This document shows positions 10,866-24,225 of a DNA stretch of 64,000 nt, piece after piece (positions within the stretch are counted from its first letter, which is position 1; every line of letters starts with the position of its first letter). This stretch comes from Flectonema sp. DT1601. Its lineage: Eukaryota. Location: contig OZ025795.1 in the NCBI GenBank assembly GCA_964019425.1, forward strand, positions 992,001 to 1,056,000. Reading direction: 5' to 3'. Below the pieces are notes generated by a model. It did no database searches. It had not been told where the DNA came from and saw only the letters and a program-made list of their open reading frames with translations. The translations under genes were made by a program, and so were the position numbers.

Positions 10866-13352
10866 TCAAGCTCCCTCCGATAGCTTTTGCGCATCGTCAC
10901 CACCACCAGTAAAAGTTCCATGTTTTGGTTTGAACTTAACAAACCCATCAGCGGGAGGCTCAATAGCATCTCTTGATAATAACATAGAGAGGGCATCACT
11001 TAAATCAGCTCTCGTGATTCCTCTGTCAACGAGATCAACAACTTTTTGAGTAATGTCATCTAACTTTATTGATTTCCCATACCAATCATTTTGAGACAAC
11101 AATGTGTTAATATGCTGAAATATAACCCCAGTGTGTACTCCGGAATGTGCATCTGCTCCGGCTGATATAAGCATCCCTGTTTCTTTATCAATCATCGACT
11201 CACGGAGAGCTTGTTCTATAAGTTGTTTTGCATCGATGACGTCTTTTTGAGTTACTTCAACCGAGAGTCTCATTTTAGCGAACGCTTCACTTATTCTAAT
11301 CATCGCTTCCAATTGACGTGTCGTTGCTGTTACGACATTTCTATTTCCTCTGGCTCGACGCATTTCACTGTAGCTTTGAACAAGTTTCGATGCCGCATCT
11401 TTGCTTAGCCGAGGTCTAATTTTTGCTTTTGCGTAAGCGATATACTTCGTTAAGGATTTTAATGGGAGCAGTTCCTCTCCAGGATTTCCAACGACAATGG
11501 ATTCATCGTCTTGTTCTACTTTAGAATCGTTCTCTTTTCCAACAAGAGTGTACATGTGACATATATGAAGGGCAAGTTTCCGATCAAGTTCTCTATCTTT
11601 GGTATCCAACAGCAGGTAAATAAGATCAAATCTCGATAGTAGTGTTGAAGAGACGTCAAGGTTAGCTAAAATATTCTTATCTTTATTCCATGTGGAGTCA
11701 ATAGGATTAGCTGCTGCTAAGATTGAACTTCTCGCATTTAGTGTACAAATAACACCAGCCTTAGCAATAGAGACTGTTTGTTGTTCCATTACTTCGTGGA
11801 GGACTGAACGAGTGTTGTCATCCATTTTATCGAATTCATCAATGCAACAAATCCCTTTATCAGAAAGAACAAGTGCACCAGATTCTAAAACAAATTCACC
11901 AGTATCCGCATCACGTACAATGAATGCTGTGAGACCGACACTAGAACTTCCCTTTCCAGAGGTGTAGATACCTCTCGCTGCAATACTGTTAACGTGAGAT
12001 AATATTTGTGACTTTGCTACTCCGGGATCACCGCAAAGTAAAATGTTTAGTTCAGATCTGCTGCTGCACATTTCGTGAACTTTTACAGTTCCTCCAAAAA
12101 GCTGACAAAGAACACCAAGCTTTACATCTTCCTGTCCGTGAATAGATGGAGCGATAGATCTTGTTAGGATTTTATAAATATCAGGATGCTTTGACACTCT
12201 GTGAATTTGGTCGATATCTTCCGCATTTTCATCATCTGCTGTGGTGGCTGTCTGTTCATTATTTTCTGAAACCTCATGAGGATCAGAATAGTGATATTGA
12301 TGTTTTCCTTTTGCAGTTTTTTGAATGTGACATCCGTCAATGAAAGTCTTAAATACTGACCTGCATATCTTACTATTGGAGTTGACACGTACAGGAGAAG
12401 CTTTAAAAATACCTGTTATACAGACACGATCACCAGGAACACAAGTGTCGACAAGATCGTTGTACACCGTGATAGAAACAGATGATGGTGTTTCTCCTTC
12501 AGGTGTTGCGTCAGGAGCTTCCTGAATACGAATATATTGTTTATCACTAAAAGTACATTGATTGTGCTTTAGTTCAAACCCATTGTGATCAGCACACATA
12601 GGACATCGAGTAGGCTCGTCAATCTTACCACGTTCTTCAGCAACTAGTTCCTTGTGAAAACAGTTCGCGCATTCAAAAAGAGCGATTTTCATTTCTGGTA
12701 GTAACTTACTAACTCTCACAACCATACCTGTCACGCAAACAACGTGACCAATTTCATCTGATTTGAGTGTCCTTAGTGGAGTTGAACTTTCCATTCTACA
12801 GATTCGAACAGTTATTTCAGGTAACTCACATTCATGTTCTCTTAGCAGTCTGACTGCCTTAATATACGATGAGTTAGCCTGTTCATTTATTATCGGAAGG
12901 GATTCAAGAGGGAATCTGATTGTGTTTTGGTAAGTCGCTTCGTCGTATGATCTGAGGTGACGGAGTTCTAATTCAAAGTCAGTTTTCATATTAAAAAATA
13001 ATTTCTGTAATTCCTGATAGTACAGACCTCCCTGTTGAAGTCCTTGATTTGCTAAAGGGTGGTCCTGAGGTACCCAAGACTCTAAAAAATATTCGATTTT
13101 CTGTTTGTAATCTGAGTAGCGAACATTAGCTCCCCAAAACATTAGGGAATCTCCCTGTGGAAAGACGTCGTTCCAGTCTGGAGGATTGTTTTCTTGATTT
13201 TCATTATTCTCCTCATCCATTATGGATCCGAGACTTTCATCTTCCCATTCTGGTGCTGCTACTCTAACTCTGAAGGGATCACTGTATCCAACTGACTCTA
13301 CTGGTTGTTCTACGATTGCTCGCTCTGCGACTTCACCGTCGTCATCAGACAT
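10866..13352 (-). CDS. MCM4: DNA replication licensing factor MCM4
   Basis: MCM Zn finger (CANC...CPMC), Walker A GDPGVAKSQ, IDEFDKM and SRFD arginine finger. MCM4-type signatures GIYTSGKGSSSVGLTA, LESGALVLSD.GICC, QEAPD..PEGETP and ATTRQLE. Confidence 0.93.
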   Translation of the reverse strand: MSDDDGEVAERAIVEQPVESVGYSDPFRVRVAAPEWEDESLGSIMDEENNENQENNPPDWNDVFPQGDSLMFWGANVRYSDYKQKIEYFLESWVPQDHPLANQGLQQGGLYYQELQKLFFNMKTDFELELRHLRSYDEATYQNTIRFPLESLPIINEQANSSYIKAVRLLREHECELPEITVRICRMESSTPLRTLKSDEIGHVVCVTGMVVRVSKLLPEMKIALFECANCFHKELVAEERGKIDEPTRCPMCADHNGFELKHNQCTFSDKQYIRIQEAPDATPEGETPSSVSITVYNDLVDTCVPGDRVCITGIFKASPVRVNSNSKICRSVFKTFIDGCHIQKTAKGKHQYHYSDPHEVSENNEQTATTADDENAEDIDQIHRVSKHPDIYKILTRSIAPSIHGQEDVKLGVLCQLFGGTVKVHEMCSSRSELNILLCGDPGVAKSQILSHVNSIAARGIYTSGKGSSSVGLTAFIVRDADTGEFVLESGALVLSDKGICCIDEFDKMDDNTRSVLHEVMEQQTVSIAKAGVICTLNARSSILAAANPIDSTWNKDKNILANLDVSSTLLSRFDLIYLLLDTKDRELDRKLALHICHMYTLVGKENDSKVEQDDESIVVGNPGEELLPLKSLTKYIAYAKAKIRPRLSKDAASKLVQSYSEMRRARGNRNVVTATTRQLEAMIRISEAFAKMRLSVEVTQKDVIDAKQLIEQALRESMIDKETGMLISAGADAHSGVHTGVIFQHINTLLSQNDWYGKSIKLDDITQKVVDLVDRGITRADLSDALSMLLSRDAIEPPADGFVKFKPKHGTFTGGGDDAQKLSEGA

Positions 13353-14199
13353 TGATTAGTTTCACTCTCTTCTTCCCCGAGCTGATGAAAATAAGATAAG
13401 AGATACTTTCTTAGGGGGGTAACTTGATACTAATATTAAATGGAAGGGGGGGAAATATATATTTAGTCACTGCGACAATTTGTATTCAACACATCACAAC
13501 ACTAACACCAACGGGGTGAATTTTTTTTTTTTTTTCCCTCTTCTTCGGTTGTTTTTTAACGTAATTCAACACTACCTGCAGGATTCGTTTTTTTTTTTTT
13601 TTTTTTTTTTTCATTCTTTTTTTTTTTTTTTTTCCCCATCTGTCTAGGCATATTACTACAGCTGAAAACACTGACGAAACCTGCTTAATTTAAGAATCCA
13701 AATCAAGGTGAGAAATACAACAAGGGGAAAGGAAATAATGAACTAGTCGTCGTTGAGATTAATAACTACATATGAAGATGCTAACCCTTTGCAACCATTA
13801 GAACAAATCAACCGAAGTAACCTTGGGTTTGCTTGTTTCAACTTCAGACTGTTTTTTTTTTTTTGTTTTTTTTCCCCTGTTCTTGTATTATTAACAAAGA
13901 CACAGGAAAGGTTACATACGGCAGTTGTACTCTTTATAAAATAAGATCGGTATGGGTTCGACGTTGAAGTAGTGGTATTTAAATTGACACGTGCTGTTTT
14001 TTTTTTTTTTTTTTTTTTAAAGTTTGAATCGTTTTTAACATCATCTAAATACGCAAATAGAATTGTAAAAAAAAGAAAAAAAAAGAAACACACCAACTAA
14101 GTCCAAGTAGTCTTGAAAGGTCTCGTTGGGTTCAGCGGACAGTATTAAGTGATTTAGCTGTGTTTTTTTTTTTTTTTTTTTTTTTTTTGATTGTTTTTT

Positions 14200-16254
14200 T
14201 CATACTTTGACAACTGTAATAACGCATACTAGATCGTTTACTCTAACGACACCAGAAGGCTTAGCCTCTCCAAGTCCTTTCCTTGTTTTTGGACGAATTT
14301 GATGATCTATGTTTAGAAATGGACGAAGGGCTGCGCAATCAGTAACACCATCTTGAATAGTTGTCTTTACTGTTTTGTTGTATGTGGCAGAGTCAGTTTG
14401 GATTTCACCTGATGGAGTTTCAGTTTTTGATTTCTTCTCAGCCTGTTTATCGTCGATTTCATCTTCTTTAACGTCATCATCGTCAGCCTCTTTTTCAGAT
14501 CGGTCCCGCTTTTGCTTTGCTGGGGATGACTCATCCTGTTGAACTTCTTCTGCTGGTGGTAGTGACTTTAGTGTTTGTCTTAGTTGAGCAGCCGTCTTTA
14601 TTTTAATCTGTTCGTTAATCAAGACAGCAGCCACAGCAACATCAAAATTATTTCTACTAAAAGCCTGTTGTAATGCTGCAGATAGTTTCATGCTGGAAGG
14701 TGTGAGAAACGGATCGTCTGCCTCTTCTGTTTCAAAAGCAGGTTGTATTGAGACTGAGAATGATTTTGTCGTTTCGTTTCTTTGCCATCCTAAGGCGACA
14801 CCTAATGATTCTAAACATGGTAGTATGTAGTAAACTGTTTGTTCTTCTTCAACAACTTTACACATGGTTGTGAATTTAACATCCGGGTTAAAACTTGATG
14901 ATGTTAACCCTGCTCTTACTAATGCTCTCCAAGCTATTTTACTATGCATGGCAGAGTCGTTAATGTCACCATCACCTGATAGCCAGCCCTCACTGTAAAG
15001 TGAAAATTTACCTTTGTGGTTATTACCCCAAAGGTTGTATGCCATATTCTGTCTTTCTAAGTGAGAATTTCTCTCAATTAAAAGAAGGCGGATAGTGATA
15101 GGCGGTTGTTCATTTCCTTCTGCTGGAAGGCTAACGATCATCTTTTCTTCGGCATTTTGTGGTAATTTTATTGAGAATTTTGTTAGTGATATCTTACCTT
15201 CACCTTCACAAACCCTTTCAACATATTTTAAGGTTTTGGGAACATTAAGTTCAGGATAAACAACGCTCAGTTCTCTCGCTCCTATTTTCGGTTTGTTAAT
15301 GTCACAAGGAACACCTGATTGGTACGGCAATCTGGAAGTAATTCTCTCGGACTTGCATTTAGATAGTTCAACTTGTTTTTTTATAAGTTCTAACTTCTCC
15401 TTTTGCGCTTCGAGTTTTGCCTTCTCAACATTCTCAGTTCTCTCTTCGTATTGCGTTAGTTTTGTTTCTCGATCGGATAAGTTTCTCTCGAGATTGTCGA
15501 GTTTTTCATTTTGTTCCAACAAACTTTTTGCAACTGCATCTTGTGCCTCCTTCTGTTGGCTAAGCATCTTCGCATAATCGGTACACTTCTTATGATGCTC
15601 TTCTTGAGAACGTAATATTGCCTGCGCTTCTTCAAGCTTCTTTTGTTGAGGAGTTTTAGTTGGGGCTGGTGCCTGGTATTGATGCTGAGCTGGTTGCTGG
15701 TGGTGCTGTTGTTGTTGTTGTTGTTGGAACTGCTGACCTCTTCCACCAGCCGATTGCCAGTTTTGGCCACCCTGCTGAAGTTGCTGCTGGAGGTGTTGCT
15801 GCTGTTGATGGTGGTGGTGGTGGTGATGTTGTCTTTGTTGGGGATGTTGATGTTGGTGTTGACGGTTTTGCTGGTGCTGATGTTGGTGCTGCTGTGGTAT
15901 GATACGCTGCTGTTGTAGTTGTTGCTGCTGATTTTGCATACCATGGTATTGCTGCTGTTGTTGATGTTGTTGTTGTTGCTGTGGTTGCTGAGCAACAAAT
16001 CCCTGTTGGGAATCGAAAGCAGCCGACTGGTACCCACCCTGCTGCCTCGGAGATGAGTAGGTCTGCGGAGATGCATATCCTCCCTGCTGTTGCTGTTGCT
16101 GTTGTTGTTGCTGTTGCTGCGGTTGTGAAGATCCATAAAAGCTCTGAGGGATGTCACCATGTTGGTGCTGCTGCTGCTGTCTGGTCGCCTTACTTTGTTG
16201 AATAGCTGCCAGCGCCATATTTCCCGGATTGCTCCACGGTTGATTGTATGCCAT
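14200..16254 (-). CDS. Q/H-rich N-terminus plus CCAR1/DBC1-like protein; probably continues through a GTATGA intron (14205-14158)
   Basis: Likely start MAYNQ at 16254. Segments ELSVVYPELNVP, W..GDGDIND.....IAWRAL, SMKLSAALQQAFSRNNFDVAVAAVLINEQ and LRPFLNID...GVVRVNDL match the order of CCAR1/DBC1 conserved blocks. Recognised by eye. Confidence 0.65.
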   Translation of the reverse strand: MAYNQPWSNPGNMALAAIQQSKATRQQQQHQHGDIPQSFYGSSQPQQQQQQQQQQQQGGYASPQTYSSPRQQGGYQSAAFDSQQGFVAQQPQQQQQHQQQQQYHGMQNQQQQLQQQRIIPQQHQHQHQQNRQHQHQHPQQRQHHHHHHHQQQQHLQQQLQQGGQNWQSAGGRGQQFQQQQQQQHHQQPAQHQYQAPAPTKTPQQKKLEEAQAILRSQEEHHKKCTDYAKMLSQQKEAQDAVAKSLLEQNEKLDNLERNLSDRETKLTQYEERTENVEKAKLEAQKEKLELIKKQVELSKCKSERITSRLPYQSGVPCDINKPKIGARELSVVYPELNVPKTLKYVERVCEGEGKISLTKFSIKLPQNAEEKMIVSLPAEGNEQPPITIRLLLIERNSHLERQNMAYNLWGNNHKGKFSLYSEGWLSGDGDINDSAMHSKIAWRALVRAGLTSSSFNPDVKFTTMCKVVEEEQTVYYILPCLESLGVALGWQRNETTKSFSVSIQPAFETEEADDPFLTPSSMKLSAALQQAFSRNNFDVAVAAVLINEQIKIKTAAQLRQTLKSLPPAEEVQQDESSPAKQKRDRSEKEADDDDVKEDEIDDKQAEKKSKTETPSGEIQTDSATYNKTVKTTIQDGVTDCAALRPFLNIDHQIRPKTRKGLGEAKPSGVVRVNDLVCVITVVKV

Positions 16255-16915
16255 TTTCTTTTTTTCTTTTTTTTTTTTAACTTTACAAAAATAAATAAAC
16301 GTAAAGTAACTACAACCAAAATTCTCCAATCACAATCCACCACTATTGATTATATAAGTCTCTTGTACTAATATCCTATCAGAGTTAATTAAAAACGTAA
16401 TAAAAACCTTTATCGTTATCGTTATTGAGAGACGAACCGCAACATAGCCGAGGTGTTAACAACAGTCAGAAGGTCAACACCACAAAGAATTGAATGAAAC
16501 GACGAAAAGGTGTCATCTCAATGGAAAACCCTTTCTTTGCGACCATTCCACTCGCCCAAACCCCCCCTTTTTTTTTTAGTTAAGTCAGGTTTCGAGATAA
16601 TAAGATAGCGAAAAATTGCTGTCATTCCGTACAATACTAAAAGTAGTTAGGAAGTAGTAATAAACAGTCAGATGAAAGAAAGGGGGAAGCGTTCTGGATG
16701 CTTTAGAGCAACCAACCCACAGTGAGTTCTTTTTTTCTTCTTTTTTTTTAAATTTCCCCCCCTATAGCTGTAACAACGGTAAAAGAAACAACGCGCACAA
16801 AATTAAAAAAAAAAAAAAAAAAATGGTTTTTCATGTTAGTCTTCCATAACATTTACGACAAAAGAGATAGCAGTTTAATTAGGATCGGTATCGAGTAAAA
16901 AACCTGCGAGTACAA

Positions 16916-16949
<34 letters not shown>

Positions 16950-18147
16950 ATTATTTCATTTTATTTACGAAGCACAAGAACGAACATAAAATAAAATCGA
17001 CCACACCTCGGAATAAAGATGTAGGAAAATAAAAAGAAAATAGACTAACCTCGCTAAGAAAAGGGATGTGAGTAAAAAAAAAAGAAAACGATCAAAAGAT
17101 TACTTCGCAGTAATACAGTTTTAAAAAAAAAAAAAAAAAAAGACGCGTCCGAGAGGGAGTTAGCAGGAGTATGAATCGGACTCACGCAAAAAAAGGTTTT
17201 TTTTTTTTTTTTTGCACCGACAAAGTCGGAGAAGAAAATTATTCAAATTAAGAAGCCGTTTTATTTATTTATGTCACTTTCCTGTCCGTCAGTAATACTG
17301 TCTGTGATCAGCAAAAACATATAAGGCTTTTATTTGAATGGTTTTTTTTTTTTTTTTTTTTCCTTCAACCAACGCGAATGGGATGTGAATATAGATGGCT
17401 AAGCTATCGTTTGGGTTTATCAGAACTTTGCAAAGAACAAGAAAGGTCAATGATCACAGACAAGTCTGAACAGGCCTTTTAAAAAAAAAAAATTTAAAAA
17501 AAGGGAATACACCCTTAGCTTAGGGGACACTACTAAAAACACGGAGACCAAATCAGTTTTTTTTCTTTTTTTTTTTTTTTTTCTTCCACAAAACATAACC
17601 AATATCAACAGTAGCTAGTATTGGAATTCGTATCTTTAAATAGCGTGAATTCTTTTTTTTTTTTTTTTTATCATTTTCATTATTTCCTATTTTCCTATAA
17701 ACTTTGGAGTGGACAGATTCTCTAACGCTGGATTGTTAGTATTTATTTATTTATTTATTTATTTATTTATTTGTTTGAATATCGAAGTCAGGGATTGAGA
17801 AAGAGAAGTCACTGAATTGACGAAAGCGACTACCCCGCCGCATGCACGACGCCAGATTTCGCCGAGGAGGATTCATACAGGGGCACTTACAGCCCTGTAA
17901 GAAAACAAAAAAAAAATGGAGAGAGGACCGAGGGGGAAAGAAGAAAAAAAAAAAAGAGAAGAAAAAAAGGCTCCCATTCATTTTTTTTAAAAATATCAGC
18001 CACAGCAAATGGTGTTATTTATTTATTTAACAAAATTCACGGACTAAATAATCAGAAAAAGATCTGACATATTTCGAAGCATTGCACAAAGAGAAGATAG
18101 GAAGGTTGATGTTGTAGAACACAAAATAGAACTTGAAATAAGGTTCG

Positions 18148-18292
18148 ACAGTTGCCATGTTACAGGGCCAACAGTTGCCATGTTACAGGGCCAACAGTTG
18201 CCATGTTACAGGGCCAACAGTTGCCATGTTACAGGGCCAACAGTTGCCATGTTACAGGGCCAACAGTTGCCATGTTACAGGGCCAACAGTTG
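18148..18292. repeat. 23-bp minisatellite (ACAGTTGCCATGTTACAGGGCCA) x6 plus a partial copy
   Basis: Six perfect contiguous copies, with no spacers between them. Confidence 0.97.
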
Positions 18293-21200
18293 GTGCCGAT
18301 GGTGTCGATAATATCGATGGTTATCCCACTACCGATATAATAAGATTTTAGAGGGCTGGTTAAGCACACCCCAGGCCTTCTAGTCTGCCAACAAAAAAAA
18401 AAAAAAAAAAAAACGGTATTTTCGCAAGCAGAATATGATTTTAAGGTGCATAAGTATCAGTAGGATGTTAGAAAAAAAAAATGGCACTTCCATTATTCAA
18501 GGTTTCGATAACCTTCAATAACAAGTCTCTTGTGATTTGATGCGATCGAATTTATCATATTTTACCATGAGAGAAACAAAGGTAATGATTTATCACTTCT
18601 ATATATAGAAATCAAAAATACAAGTCAGACTTGTAAAACGGATGTTGTTTTTTTTTGTTTGTTTGTTTGTTTTTTTTTGGACTTTATTTCTTCCACTTTT
18701 TTTTTTTTGCATTTAACAAGTATTGTAAGAACGAAAAAGAATGTTGGCAGCACACGTAAACCTCCTTTAGCTTTATCAGTTTAAGTCGGTTCACGGTTTC
18801 GTGCACAAACAAAAAAAACCACAGTGTTATATCATTATTTTCTGTATAGTTGAAGTTAAAGCCAATTCTTTTTTTTACTGTATTTTTTCCAAAACAAAAA
18901 AAAAAAAAAACGGAAGAAGAGCAAGAGAAACAATATAATCAACAATCTAACGTATCACAAAACACAAACCAACTTATCATTATAACTAGGAACAGCTGAA
19001 CAAGAAAGATATTAAAAAGAATAACACCTAATTTGAATAAACAGAAAGAGGGTGGGTCAACTTAATACCATAACGTTTCAAAAAAAAAAAAAAAAAAACA
19101 ATGAATAAAATGAGAATCCCTTACTTCGCATATCGTTCATCGCTGATACAGCAAACTATAGAGCGTCGGGTAAACTCATAGAGCTACGAGACAACAACAA
19201 CGCAAGACATAATCAATACTCACCCATCACGCCAGTTAAAAGGGTTTCCCATCTTCTTCAAGACAGGCAGGCGGATGCCAATCAGATAAGTTCAATGCAG
19301 TGCGCGTGCAGCCTAAGACACAGAGACCTGCTATTGGCTCAATCTTAAGCGTGCTGACAGCGCACTTGCATTCGTCAAAGGAATTCGGTATGAAACTTTG
19401 ACAATGTAGAAAACAAGAAAAAATATTAGTTGTTGTTAATCAAGGAAAACGTTCGTTTTGGAGAGGGGGACTTGAATTTATAAAATACAAACATTGTATT
19501 GTGTCATATTAACATAACGAGGGATGGGGAAAACGACAAACTAATTGAATCATATAACAACTACCTTGATCATGATAAACTTCCATAAAAGGAAGTTGTG
19601 GATGAAATCAGAGTTCAATATACTAACAAAGCAGTTTGGCTGTACTTTCGAGAGTAAATATAAAACCACAAGCGAGTCTATATCTGGTGACTTCTAAAGG
19701 TCTCAGTAGACGGCTTCGGTAGTTTTTCTCCCTAAGTTTGTCTTTAAAAAAAAATGTCGAATGTGTCGAAAGGATGTCTTTTCGTAATTCCAATGACTAC
19801 ACTGGACCAGTTAAATGACATCACAACGCATGACCATATTACCCTAAAGCTAGCAGTCAGAATTGGTATAAAGAAAAAAAAAAAATATAAAAAAAAAAAC
19901 GGTAGCTAGAAAACATAAGGCAGGTAGCTTGATTCGAATAGCGCAAGGTTAAAAATTAAAAAAAAAAAAAAAAAAAGAGAAGAGAAGAGAAGAGAAAAAA
20001 AAAAAAAAAAAAAACGATCTCACACAACCAATCGAAATGCAACTTAGAAAGTAATAAAAATAAAACTTCCGCGAATCGCTCACACGATAACATACAAACT
20101 AAGTAAGTGGTTTGCCAATCAGGGAATTTCCATTTGGAAAAACCATTTTCAATCGCCTTTTTTTTTTTTTTTTTTAACGTTTACTAACAGGCAAGAAGGG
20201 AAAGTCAACCTTCACGTATTCCAAGAGATCGCTACGATTTCAATTATAATACAAACTTAGGGAAGGATAGGGTAAATTGATATTAATTTTTTTTTCTTTT
20301 TTTCGAAGCCTTTTTAAGTTATTCAGTTAGGGAAATTGAGCTTTTTCAGTATAGTTTAACTAAAATAAAACGTTAGTTATAATACATGTTGACTAAAGGG
20401 TAATGTTAGTATTGGCAAACACTCCGCAGGTGACGTAGATGACTTTACTTTATAATAAATGTTTCTAACGTAGCTGCATAAACATCTCTTTTTCCGTAGT
20501 GTCATTCAGTGCAGTACGGAATCGAGTTTCAATTACGAATTAATCGTGAGCCCTGGGAAACCAAAACCAGGGGTAATACGGCAAAGGGTAGTTAGTATCC
20601 TTAATTTTGGTATAAAAAAGTGAGAACAAAAAACAGAGATAAGAAAGGTGAACGTAGATAGTGAGCGGTGAGCCGGATAGCTCTCGAGTGTCCCCAATAC
20701 TGCGGTAGAAGGTGGAATCTATTCCCAAGGGGATTACTTTATTCGTGTCACAGTTCGGATGATATCAAGAAAGCATAGTTAGTATTAATAATAATAGTAT
20801 AATAATAGTTTAGTTTAGTTTAGTTTAGTTAGCAAAATACAAACTGATGACTACGAGGGGTCTGGGTAGCCCGCATCAGTAAGGACCCAATCGCGAAGAT
20901 TGTAGTTTCATAGTATTGGCTACGCTTTCTTGATCTCATTGAAGAGGGCTGGGTAAGGGGAATGGTCCGAAGAAATCTTTTTTTAATTTCAGCCCGAAAC
21001 CAACCATTATTTGTTTGTTGTCCTACGAACTTTTGCATTCGATTGAATTTTCCCGCCCTCTCCCCTTCTTTTGACTGATAATTAGTTGTTTACAACCTGT
21101 TAGCCTCTGGGCAAGGTGGAAGCTGGAAGTCGATCACTTCCTAGTTAGTATTAATAATTAGCGTAGTTAGTATCATTAATTTTAGAACAGAAAAGTGAGA

Positions 21201-21991
21201 ATAAGAAAAGTAGAGATCAATAAAAGAAAAGTATTCATTTCTGCAGTTTCCTAACATCAAAGGGTAATAGAATATGTAGTTTCAGTAGCCTTAATCTTAT
21301 ACTACTTGTCCCTTTTTAGGCCTTCATCAGTAAGTTCTAAGGGACTTCATTCTATGTTGAAGTTGCTATCGTTCAAAGATAAAAATCCATCGGAGCTCGC
21401 CAGGATAATTAGCGTAGTTAGTTAGTTATACAATCCAATGTTACTGTATATTATGAGTGCTAGGTAACTCACAGTAACAGAGGACCCAATCCGTAGCCAT
21501 ATCCGAAGATTTAGCAATGGATTGTTGAAATAGCATCGACTGAAAGACTTCACCTATTAATTCATTGTCAATAAATAAATAATTATTTTAATGAAAAAAT
21601 ATATATAAATAAAATATAAAAAAAAATGGTTAGCACGGGTTGCTAAATCGTAGCACACTACTAATGGAGCAGCCCTCACCCTAATAAGATTAAAGTAAAG
21701 TGTTGTCCATAATTCAGTTAGAAAAAAACAGCTAGGAAGAGCGAGGGGGGGGAAAATAACATTGTTTGAGAAAATTGACCAAAAGTAATATCAGTTTTGG
21801 TAAACACACCACATGAAAACATTCAGTGTAATACACTGTCAAATAATTCAATTTCTCTGAATAACAATGACAATGATATTACACTAGAAACCAAAAAAAA
21901 AAAAAATAACTAAAAAAAAAAACACAGTTACCGTACAATATAAATAAATACGGCAGAGTGTAAGTTCCATCTAATAGTACTTCGTCAATTA

Positions 21992-22027
<36 letters not shown>

Positions 22028-24225
22028 ACACGTTTGTAGCACACTACCACCAGCCTGAATTCAGTTAGGAAAATGTGAGGATTTCTATTGTTTGATTATG
22101 TAAAGACAATCTGATTACATCATTACACTGCCAGACTGATACAGTGAACTACGATGATGCTAAACTGACAGAGTTGAGTAGTTGATATCATTAATTTTAG
22201 AACAGAAAAGTGAGAATAGGAAAAGTATTCATTCCCACAGTTTCCTAACATCAAAGGGTAATAGAATATGTAGTTTCAGGAGCCTTAATCTTATACTACT
22301 TACAAACCGACAGAGATGAATGGTTCAATAGAAATACTTACAAAGAGGGAGGTTAAACTACCCCAAACAAAAGTAATGAGGTTACAGTTACGGATAAATT
22401 TTATACCAAATTATCAAGCTCTAAAGAACTATGGAAATTGAATGCTTGAGTTTTTTTTTTTTTTTTATATAAAATACAAAAAAAAAAAAAAATCGTATTC
22501 GTATCATATTAACATAAAAACGATAATATAACAAAAATGTGTTGAAAGATACAATGAACTGTGGTGATGCTTAACTCAGCCTTTTTTTGAAGTAACTATT
22601 TAGGTTTCGAGAGTAATCCATAAATCTCTTTACCTTATCAGTCGATCAGTCAATTATTAGAAATTATTAGAACTGAATCCTGGAGTGCAGTTACTTTTTT
22701 TTTTTTTTTTGACCATAATATAATTGAATAATTATAAAAAAAAGGAAATAGGAGGGGGAAAAAAAAAAAAAAGAGGAAAAAAAATAATTGTTTGATTTCA
22801 GAAATAGAAAGTTTGCTGTATCGTAACATTAACGATAATATAATTATTCATCAAGGATACAATGAACTATAACGATTCCTATGTATTTAGGTTTCGGGTA
22901 ATCGATTACGAGTATATATAAATAAAACTATGGAAGGGGGAAGACTGTTTGATTAGGTTCATACGAATATAAACTGTATTGTATCAGAACTCAATAATAA
23001 AATTAAAAAACTCATGATACAGTGACTAAAATGTTTACAGGCTAACATGGAAGGGGTAATTTGATACTGCATTTTCAAGCTCAAAGGAACAACAATTTCT
23101 CCGACAATCTTGACTGTCAGCGGCAGCGTAAGAAGGGGGGGAGACTTGGAAAAATAAATCAAGGGTTAACACGCATATTGGACGTGAATCATCATAACTG
23201 GCCATCCACACAAAATCGCATGATGTGAAAATTAAAAAAGACACGATGAAATCGTTTATGATTTTTTTTTTGTTTCTTGGTCGCCTCTCAACCAGAATAC
23301 ATTGCGACATACAACCGAGGGATTACATTCATTGTGTCGCTTTCTTTTTTCTTTGAGACCTCTCCTTGTGCAGAATGACGTGGACCGAATTCTGTTTTGT
23401 TCTTTTGGCTAATTCAAAGTCTTGTCTTTATCGTAAGGAGGGATATCACTCATTTCGAATTTATGAAAAATAAAATTAAAAAAAAAAGGGGGGGGGGAAA
23501 AGAGGGGGGGGGAAAAAATTTTAGACTTCAATATTGAAAAAAACTGATCTGACGAAGAAAATTTTGGGAGGTGAATGACAAAAAAAACGAACAAAAAAAA
23601 AACAATAATTGGATACAATCACACAGGAGAGAGAGAGAGCAACAACTAACCTTGTGCCAAATCAATACCACATACAATGTAAAGATGAAGGACAAAGAGG
23701 TAGCAATATTCTGATCTACTCTCTTCTCGCGATAGCTCAGCTGAGTTGAGACCGCGATCAGATATTCATTTCTAAGTCACTCGAATTTGATTAAAAATGA
23801 ACCCACAAAGAAAGAAGGCTATCTCTTACTGATTTCTTCAATGGATCGAATTCCATCAGTAATCAGGTAATAGATAATTGAAAGTCACAAAAGGTGTTGT
23901 CAATAAAAAAAAAAAAGGTTTTTTAATTAGTCTCGACATAATCGAGTAATAATAAGAAGATAACATGTTCCGTCATGAAGTCGGAAAGGCCATCGGTTCG
24001 AAGAATCTAAAGTACCAAAACAAAAAGAGGCGTAACTTGATACCCTATTATAAGCGGTAAAGGAGGGATCTAATACGATACGAAAAGATATAACTGAGGG
24101 AAGGGGAAATTCCCAACAGAAATAAAGCCTGTACAAATCAAGACCTTTTTTACGCTTTACGAGTCTGTTCGAATGTCTTCTATGAGAATGGTGAATCGAT
24201 GCTAAATTATAATTTAACAATCGTA

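Noticed and set aside
18148..18292. CRISPR-like array
   Set aside because: The units are contiguous with no spacers, there are no cas genes, and the context is eukaryotic.
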